Under the pieces are notes generated by a model. That model had not been told where the DNA came from. It searched no databases and saw only the letters and a list, made by a program, of their open reading frames with translations. A stretch of DNA of 12,469 bases, from positions 1 through 12,469 of the forward strand of contig CAYRPF010000035.1 in assembly GCA_964426185.1 (NCBI GenBank), given 5' to 3'. Below are positions 6,204-12,469 of the stretch, one piece after another. Origin of the DNA: an uncultured archaeon (lineage in GTDB: Archaea; Asgardarchaeota; Lokiarchaeia; Sigyniarchaeales; Promethearchaeaceae). Position 1 is the stretch's first letter. Each line of letters begins with the position of its first letter. Made by a program: the position numbers and the translations under genes.

Positions 6204-7943
6204 TTAAATTGCATCCCATTTCTTCTCAGCACGTAGTTTTTCGATGATTTCCAAAGCACATTTCTTTAAATCCATGTAGTCCGTTTTAGCAACACGATTT
6301 AGTGGAATTTCACCTGGATTAAGAATTTCAATGTGACTGGGTCGTTTGTACGCAGCCAATTCTTTTAATTCATTTTGAATTTCTTCCACGGTCAGTTCTA
6401 TCCCAGGATCAGATTTTTCTACAAACGCCATTATAGCTTCGGTAAAAATTTCATGAGGAACTCCGACTACTGAAACATTTCCTACCTTCTTGGGAAATCG
6501 CCTTTGAATGAATTCTTCCACTTCACTAGGAAATACGTTATATCCCTTGGGTTTAATCAATAATTTAGCTCGTCCAGAAAAATGTAACCCTAATTCATCA
6601 TAGTAACCTAAATCACCTGTATAAAGTATTCCATCTTTAGAAATTGTCTTTTGGGTGTTTTCTTCATCATTTAAATAACCGAGAAATATTTGGGGACCTG
6701 AAAAACAAATTTCTCCCACTTCACCTGGTTTTTTTTCTTCACCTGCATAGCCATCAAGTTTCATCGGTTCACGAATACTAATGGGGCAAAGAGGCATATC
6801 AAACCCAACAGAATTTAAAATATCATCCACAGTGCCGTCCAAAGGAGTGTATGTAACAAAACCTGCCGTTTCAGTTAATCCTAAACCCGTTCCAAATTCG
6901 GGTGCCATATGAGAGAGCTGCTCCAAAAATTTTCGTGTTACCGCTTGCCCCCCATAAAGAGCGAATCGTAAGGATGATAGATCATATTGGTTATAATTTG
7001 GAAGACGCCATTCCATTGCAAATAAGGCGGGAATTTGACCCATAGCGGTTGCTTTATACTTTTGGATAGCATCCAAACTGTGTTCTGCATTGAATATATG
7101 TAATATAAGTGCAGTCCCGCCACCGTAAAGAGTAGTCGCCAATTGTTCGGTGGTACATCCAACATGAGAAGGAGGAAGGTTGACCAGCATTATATCTTTG
7201 TGGGTTAAATCAAAGGCAACAGCCAGTCCAATATTTTGAATGAGGATGTTCTCACTGCATAACAACGCCGGTTTTGGGTATCCGGTTGAACCCGTAGTAA
7301 AAATAATAAGAATAGGATCGCGACGACTTACTTTTTTTTGTGCCTTTCGAACAGTTCCTTTAAGAATGCCATTAAGTACGTAATTTTTTTTTATCCCCTT
7401 GGCAAATTCACTAATTCCAATTGCACCAGAGACAATTAAATCCAATTCTTTTTGAAATTGCACGATAAATCTGCATGGACCACCATTTTTAACACTATAT
7501 TTTTCATAAATATGAGTAATAATTGGGCGAAAATCCGCCACATCCGTTTTTCCTAAAGTGAAATACGCCCTTGGCTGCATTTTTTCAAAACACTGATCCA
7601 CTTCATCTACTTTTAATCGTAAATCCAAAGGAGCAATAATTGCACCAATTCGGAAACACGCATACATTAAATAAATATGTTCTTTCAAAAGTGGTAATGA
7701 GGTCGCAACGACATCTCCTTTCTTCAATCCCATTGCAAGCAATTTAGCAGCAAATGCTTTTGTAGCAGTAGCAAATGATTTCCAGTTAATTTTTTCACCT
7801 GTATTATATTCGATGATGGATATATTTTTGGGAATTTCTCTCGACCATCTATCTATCCAATCAAACATCCGTGGAAACTTCTTTAATTCTTCATATCTAT
7901 CTAGGCAGATTTGATTTTTGTTAGGTTCACGCAATTTTATCAT
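6204..7943 (-). CDS. Class I adenylate-forming enzyme, acyl-CoA synthetase / long-chain fatty-acid-CoA ligase-like
   Basis: AMP-binding P-loop IIFTTGSTGYPKP, GLGLTET, GEICFSGPQIFLGY, YTGDLG, GRAKLLIKPKGYNVFPSEVE and a C-terminal Lys in NRVAKTD. Confidence 0.93.
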   Translation of the reverse strand: MIKLREPNKNQICLDRYEELKKFPRMFDWIDRWSREIPKNISIIEYNTGEKINWKSFATATKAFAAKLLAMGLKKGDVVATSLPLLKEHIYLMYACFRIGAIIAPLDLRLKVDEVDQCFEKMQPRAYFTLGKTDVADFRPIITHIYEKYSVKNGGPCRFIVQFQKELDLIVSGAIGISEFAKGIKKNYVLNGILKGTVRKAQKKVSRRDPILIIFTTGSTGYPKPALLCSENILIQNIGLAVAFDLTHKDIMLVNLPPSHVGCTTEQLATTLYGGGTALILHIFNAEHSLDAIQKYKATAMGQIPALFAMEWRLPNYNQYDLSSLRFALYGGQAVTRKFLEQLSHMAPEFGTGLGLTETAGFVTYTPLDGTVDDILNSVGFDMPLCPISIREPMKLDGYAGEEKKPGEVGEICFSGPQIFLGYLNDEENTQKTISKDGILYTGDLGYYDELGLHFSGRAKLLIKPKGYNVFPSEVEEFIQRRFPKKVGNVSVVGVPHEIFTEAIMAFVEKSDPGIELTVEEIQNELKELAAYKRPSHIEILNPGEIPLNRVAKTDYMDLKKCALEIIEKLRAEKKWDAI

Positions 7944-7963
7944 TTATTTTATGAAACGAATTC

Positions 7964-8012
7964 TTTTAAATGATATGGTCATGTCATCTCAGTACAAATT
8001 AGTTTTAAATGA
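7964..8012. promoter_or_regulatory. Divergent promoter region with two TTTTAAATGA copies (putative TATA boxes for the acyl-CoA synthetase and xerA)
   Basis: TTTTAAATGA occurs at 7964-7973 and 8003-8012. The first reads TTTAAAA on the minus strand 21-27 nt before ATG 7943. The second lies ~30 nt before ATG 8041. Confidence 0.45.
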
Positions 8013-8040
8013 CAAAAAGTAGTAAAATTTCACATTACCA

Positions 8041-8952
8041 ATGTTGCTATCAGAAATAATCCCCGAATTTTTACTTGCAAAAGAAGTGGAAGAAGGTTGC
8101 TCTTTGAATACTATTAAGGGATATAAGCATGATCTCTCACTATTGATGAAATGCATTGAGGATCAACCAATAGAGAAAATCCAGAGATTTCACATTCGAA
8201 AGTTTTTAAGCAAACTACATCAAAAAAATTATACCAAATCTGGTTTAGCCCGCAAAATTGCTTGTTTAAAATCCTTTTTCAGATTTTGTGAAGAAAATGA
8301 TATATGCGAAAAAAATCCGATGAAATCCATCAAAAATCCAAAAATACGCGCCGAAGAGGCATTACCAAAATACCTCTCACAAGAAGAAATTCAAGATCTA
8401 CTAGATTATTTAGCAGGACCTTTTCATACTTCATACGACCCCCGAACGCGCCTAAGGATATTAGTACGCTTAATGTATGCTACGATGGCGCGGATTAGTG
8501 AAATCTGCAGTCTACAAATTCAAGATATAAATCTGAAGCAAAAGACAATAAAAGTTCGGGGAAAGGGAAATAAAGAAAGATTTCTCCCTTTAGATCAAGA
8601 TACCACTCATTTATTATCAGAATTTTTAGAAAATCGGTTTTTAGAAGGAGCTGAAAAAACCTCTCCCCTTTTTGTTAATGTATATAATAAACAGCTCAAA
8701 CCCAGAGTTGTTCAAAAAGATTTACAAAAAATCAAACAAACACTAAGTTTTCTACAAAATAAAAAATTCACGCCGCATATTTTACGTCATACCGGAGCGA
8801 CCCATCTTCGTCAAAATGGGATGGATTTGAGTGAACTGCAAGATATATTGGGGCATTCTAATCCAAATACCACCCGAATTTATGCTAAAAACGATATATC
8901 GCATCTGAAAACTTCTTATTCAAAATTTCATCCTTTGGAACACCCTGATTAA
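8041..8952 (+). CDS. xerA: Tyrosine recombinase, XerA/XerC-D family (probable chromosome dimer resolvase)
   Basis: N-terminal core-binding domain (SLNTIKGYKHDL...ARKIACLKSFFRF) and a complete catalytic set: R (TMARISE), K (GKGNKER), HxxR (PHILRH), H (LGH), Y (TTRIYA). 303 aa, C-terminal FHP as in XerC/D, housekeeping neighbours. Confidence 0.88.
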   Translation: MLLSEIIPEFLLAKEVEEGCSLNTIKGYKHDLSLLMKCIEDQPIEKIQRFHIRKFLSKLHQKNYTKSGLARKIACLKSFFRFCEENDICEKNPMKSIKNPKIRAEEALPKYLSQEEIQDLLDYLAGPFHTSYDPRTRLRILVRLMYATMARISEICSLQIQDINLKQKTIKVRGKGNKERFLPLDQDTTHLLSEFLENRFLEGAEKTSPLFVNVYNKQLKPRVVQKDLQKIKQTLSFLQNKKFTPHILRHTGATHLRQNGMDLSELQDILGHSNPNTTRIYAKNDISHLKTSYSKFHPLEHPD

Positions 8953-9051
8953 AATATTTTAAATCAGCTTAAATCAACTCTAATGAATCCCAAATTATCA
9001 AAAATAATCCTATTTTTTAAGAACAATCGTATTTTGCTTTATTTATCGAAG

Positions 9052-9891
9052 ATGCTTCAATTAAAATTTCCAGAAAAGTATGATCTATCACTAACTGTGG
9101 AATGCGGACAAATTTTTCGTTTTTTTAAATTTGAACAATCTCCAATTTATTTCATACCACTAAAAGATAGAATTATAAAAGTAGAAGAAAAAAATCAACA
9201 TACTTTGGAGATCTCCTCTAATAAAAGGGAAGGTTTGGAAGAACTGGTAAATGAATTTTTTCGAGTAAATGATGATTACCTTGCTATAATACAAAATCTT
9301 CGAATAGATAGCTTAATGGATGAAATAATTGGAAAAACCGAGAGCCTACACTTGTTAAAACAAGATCCATTTGAATGTATGAATTCATTTATAATATCTC
9401 AATTTTCTAATATCCCGCGAATTACCCAAAACTTGAATAATTTAGCAAATTGCTTTGGCAAGCGCGTTATTTTTGAGGAACATGAATTTTTTCTTTTCCC
9501 ATCCCATCAAGAATTATTTTCGGTGACTGAAGAGCAATACAGAGAGTTGGGGTTGGGTTATCGTGCGAAATATTTGTACAATTTTAACCAACAACCCCCT
9601 AAGTTTTTTTTTGATAACTTCCTAACAAGAGATGCGTTGAATAACGAACTACAGCAAATCCATGGAGTAGGAGCAAAAGTTGCAGATTGTGTTCAGCTTT
9701 TTGGATTTGGCGATCTTTCATATTTCCCAGTAGATACTTGGATGCGTAAATTTATGCAAAAACACTATTTTTCAGACGAGAAAAAATCACCGAAGGAGAT
9801 TAGAAAGAAAGGTCAAGAATTATTTGGAAAATGGGCGGGCTATGCTCAAGAATTCATCTATCATTATGCGCGCGTTTATGATTCTTTTTAA
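9052..9891 (+). CDS. ogg1: 8-oxoguanine DNA glycosylase/AP lyase, Ogg1 type (OGG_N + HhH-GPD)
   Basis: N-terminal DLSLTVECGQIFRF, QDPFEC..SFIISQ.SNIPRI, GLGYRAKY, HhH with catalytic Lys (IHGVGAKVADCV), catalytic Asp (FPVDTW) and C-terminal FGKWAGYAQE. ATG 9052 is preferred as start; the ORF is open from 8983. Confidence 0.9.
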   Translation: MLQLKFPEKYDLSLTVECGQIFRFFKFEQSPIYFIPLKDRIIKVEEKNQHTLEISSNKREGLEELVNEFFRVNDDYLAIIQNLRIDSLMDEIIGKTESLHLLKQDPFECMNSFIISQFSNIPRITQNLNNLANCFGKRVIFEEHEFFLFPSHQELFSVTEEQYRELGLGYRAKYLYNFNQQPPKFFFDNFLTRDALNNELQQIHGVGAKVADCVQLFGFGDLSYFPVDTWMRKFMQKHYFSDEKKSPKEIRKKGQELFGKWAGYAQEFIYHYARVYDSF

Positions 9892-9933
9892 CTCCCGATG
9901 ATTTAAGCAGAAGAATTATTTAGGATACAGACA

Positions 9934-11154
9934 TTGAACAAATCATTTATGCCATTTTCACCTAAGCTAGTCAATCAAATTCTGAATGATTTTCAGCGTA
10001 ATGAAAAAATAATTCTGGGTAAGTACGGATTCTTTAGTTCGAAAGCTAAGCGAGAAAAATCCGAACCATTCGGCTACAGACCGATTTTCATCCACGATAG
10101 TGATCGGATCATCCATAGCCTATCATATGCCAGATATTTTGATAAAACCCAAGTGTTTTTCTGGATCGAAAGTGATATGCATCAGCACCGAATGTTACAT
10201 GTGCAGCTAGTTTCAAAACTAGCGCGTGTGGTGGCCAGAATATTGGGATTAAACGTAGATTTGGTTGAAGCTATTGCTTTAGGACATGATATTGGCCACA
10301 CTCCATTTGGACATGATGGAGAAATTATCCTCTCTGAATTATGCAAGAAGAATGGAATTGGTTCTTATTTTCATAATTATGGAAGTGTGTGGTTCTTACA
10401 AGAAATTGAAAAACAGAATTTATCGCTTCCTGTGATAGATGGAATTTTAGGACATAATGGAGAAAAACATCTCCAAAAAATCACTCTACCATCTCATGAG
10501 TTACTTTCGTGGGAAAGATTTTATCAAGAACGGGAAGATTTACGGTTTAATCGTTCTTTTAATTTACAACCGAAAACTCTAGAAGGAATTCTGGTCAGGT
10601 TTATCGATGTAGTGAGTTATATTTCTCGAGATATACTGGATGCGGAGCACTTGGGAATACTTTCTTTTAAAGATATACCGGAATCTGTTCGATCAGTGTT
10701 AGGAAATTCGAATCGAAAGATAATTAACACGTTGGTTTCTGATTTAATCTTAGAATCAAAGGATAAACCCATGATCGGTTATTCAAAAGAAATTTTTCAA
10801 GCACTTGAACGATTATATCAATTTAATTTAAAACATCTTTATCTTCATCCCGACAAAGAACGATGCCTTCCGCAACTTAAGGAAGCATTTCGGCTGTTAT
10901 GGGATCATTACTTATCCGAGTTTCAACAACAAAAAGAAGATTCAAAAATATACACAGATCACATAATTTTGAATTTGAACCAGATCAAAACTAGATATCC
11001 AGAAGTTAATAATTACAATTCATATTCCTATTTGAAAAATCCAGACGAAATAATCGTGCGAGACTTTATCGCTGGAATGACGGATCAGTACTTTTGGAAA
11101 TTAGTGAAAGAATTGGATCCTTCTTTGGTACTTCAACCTATTTCCATGAAATAG
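9934..11154 (+). CDS. dgt: HD-domain dNTP triphosphohydrolase, dGTPase (Dgt)-like
   Basis: RPIFIHDSDRIIHS...DKTQVF, HRMLHVQLVS, ALGHDIGHTPFGHDGE, FHN, DVVSYISRDILDA and RDFIAGMTDQY. The start is either TTG 9934 or ATG 9949. Confidence 0.88.
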   Translation: MNKSFMPFSPKLVNQILNDFQRNEKIILGKYGFFSSKAKREKSEPFGYRPIFIHDSDRIIHSLSYARYFDKTQVFFWIESDMHQHRMLHVQLVSKLARVVARILGLNVDLVEAIALGHDIGHTPFGHDGEIILSELCKKNGIGSYFHNYGSVWFLQEIEKQNLSLPVIDGILGHNGEKHLQKITLPSHELLSWERFYQEREDLRFNRSFNLQPKTLEGILVRFIDVVSYISRDILDAEHLGILSFKDIPESVRSVLGNSNRKIINTLVSDLILESKDKPMIGYSKEIFQALERLYQFNLKHLYLHPDKERCLPQLKEAFRLLWDHYLSEFQQQKEDSKIYTDHIILNLNQIKTRYPEVNNYNSYSYLKNPDEIIVRDFIAGMTDQYFWKLVKELDPSLVLQPISMK

Positions 11155-11254
11155 AATTCTCATTTAAGTTCATTTAGTCAAATATCTTTTTAACTAATAA
11201 AAGCATTAATAAAATAATAAAAGAATTAAACTTTGCAAATTTGTTGACAGAACT

Positions 11255-11983
11255 ATGAAGCGCGTGAAGGACGACCCCAATATTGATTTACATGAATGGA
11301 AGAAAGAAAAACAATTTATATTGATATTTGGAATTTTATTGATAGCATATTTCATAATTTGGGCTGTTTTGTTTACATTGTTAGACGCACTAATTATAAT
11401 GGGTTTAGCTTTTTTTATTCTGGTTCCAGCTTTTATTACCAATGGGATGATGGTTCTAGTTGGTAAGATTAAAGGAATTCCCCGATATCCTTTAGATGGA
11501 GGTAAATGTTTTTCGGATGGAGAGCGAATTTTTGGGGATGGAAAATCATGGAATGGATTTATCGGTGGATGGATCTTGGGATCTTTAATAAGTGCTCTCA
11601 TTTGCTGGTGGATATTTCAATTGATTTCAATGGCAGAAGACTACAGCATGCTTACATTTATTACTCCAGAATATATTGCCAATTTCATCCAAGCAGGAAT
11701 TTCATTCAAAACCTTTATTATTAGTCAAATTTTCATTGCTTTAGGAAGTCCTGTGGGTGATGCTCTAGGAAGTTTCTTCAAGCGTCGAAGGAAACGTAAG
11801 CGCGGCGAGCCTTTTCTATTTTGGGATCAAAATGATTTCATTATTATTTCAGCCCTAATAGCTATGATTTGGTATCCCTTAACTTGGTATTATTGGATTT
11901 TTCTCCTTTTAATTACCCCATTGGTAACAGCATTAGCCAATTGGATAGGTTATCTTATAAATAAAAAAGATGTGCCTTGGTAA
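11255..11983 (+). CDS. carS: CDP-archaeol synthase (CDP-2,3-bis-O-geranylgeranyl-sn-glycerol synthase)
   Basis: PAFITNG, PLDGG..FSDGERIFGDGKSWNGFIGG and GDALGSFFKRR..RGEPFLFWDQNDF, a C-terminal KKDVPW and several transmembrane segments. Confidence 0.93.
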   Translation: MKRVKDDPNIDLHEWKKEKQFILIFGILLIAYFIIWAVLFTLLDALIIMGLAFFILVPAFITNGMMVLVGKIKGIPRYPLDGGKCFSDGERIFGDGKSWNGFIGGWILGSLISALICWWIFQLISMAEDYSMLTFITPEYIANFIQAGISFKTFIISQIFIALGSPVGDALGSFFKRRRKRKRGEPFLFWDQNDFIIISALIAMIWYPLTWYYWIFLLLITPLVTALANWIGYLINKKDVPW

Positions 11984-11988
11984 GCTAT

Positions 11989-12008
11989 CTTTTATTAATT
12001 TTTTATTC
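11989..12008 (+). terminator. Putative oligo(T) archaeal terminator after carS
   Basis: T-rich run TTTTTATTAATTTTTTATT directly after the carS stop, in a short gap between convergent genes. Confidence 0.35.
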
Positions 12009-12050
12009 CCAAAACGCTCAATTTCATTCCTTTGGTCCATAATAGTTTCT

Positions 12051-12469
12051 CTACATAATAATTTTAAGATTGTTTGATAATTCTAACTGCAATTTAAGAT
12101 TGATGGCAGTGAGAATGTTATTATAATTTGAGATTTTATCTGGATTGAAGAAATTCTCAATTATGGATCTCAAATATGACAATACTTTTTTATTATAAAT
12201 ATGTTTAATGATTCTTTTAGAGTTTGCTAAGAAAATTTCAATTCCCTTATTTGATAGAAAGAATTCGGCAATATTATTATAAAATTTGGGGTCAATATTT
12301 TCAAAACTTGTCCCTTGCTTTATCAGAATTTCAAGCAACTCCAAATTTCCAAGTTCTGCACTTTTTCTTATTGCAAAGTCGTTATCTAAATGTATGTCAG
12401 CGCCATTCTCAATTAAAAATTTCACAATATCTAAATTTCCGGTTTGAACACTTTTACGAAAAGCCTCAT
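12051..12469 (-). CDS. Ankyrin-repeat protein, C-terminal part (5' end outside the window)
   Basis: The frame is open to the window edge: EAFRKSVQTGNLDIVKFLIENGADIHLDNDFAIRKSAELGNLELLEILIKQG gives two tandem ankyrin repeats, followed by a helical tail. The ORF-track start at 12425 is an internal Val. Confidence 0.88.
   Translation of the reverse strand, partial: EAFRKSVQTGNLDIVKFLIENGADIHLDNDFAIRKSAELGNLELLEILIKQGTSFENIDPKFYNNIAEFFLSNKGIEIFLANSKRIIKHIYNKKVLSYLRSIIENFFNPDKISNYNNILTAINLKLQLELSNNLKIIM

Noticed and set aside
6938-8498. ORFs 6938-7165 and 8304-8498
   Set aside because: Alternative-frame ORFs nested inside the acyl-CoA synthetase and xerA genes, with no recognisable motifs.
8041-8952. 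Tyrosine recombinase as the integrase of a provirus or island
   Set aside because: No tRNA, att-like direct repeat, or viral or plasmid genes nearby. Size, motifs and housekeeping neighbours fit chromosomal XerA.
11206-11724. ORFs 11206-11601 (-) and 11506-11724 (+)
   Set aside because: Antisense and off-frame shadows of carS.

Overview
AT-rich archaeal chromosome segment, most consistent with an Asgard archaeon of the Lokiarchaeia/Promethearchaeota type. This is an inference from an archaeal 23S rRNA with no linked 16S, CarS, a XerA-type recombinase, a longin/uDENN-like protein and an ankyrin-repeat protein. Positions 1-~2487 hold the 5' ~2.5 kb of a minus-strand 23S rRNA gene. It has its own BRE/TATA promoter at ~2926-2943 and a ~415-nt leader packed with hairpins. 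The stretch 3.2-6.2 kb holds a beta-hydroxyacid dehydrogenase, a longin/uDENN-like protein with an Arg-rich N-terminus, and three small interrupted genes that the ORF track misses or truncates (two in-frame TAGs; one in-frame TAA; one frameshift at AAAAAGGGGG). After these come an acyl-CoA synthetase (minus), a co-directional xerA - Ogg1-type glycosylase - dGTPase-like HD protein - carS cluster (plus), and the 3' end of an ankyrin-repeat gene (minus). I see no CRISPR array, tRNA or mobile element.
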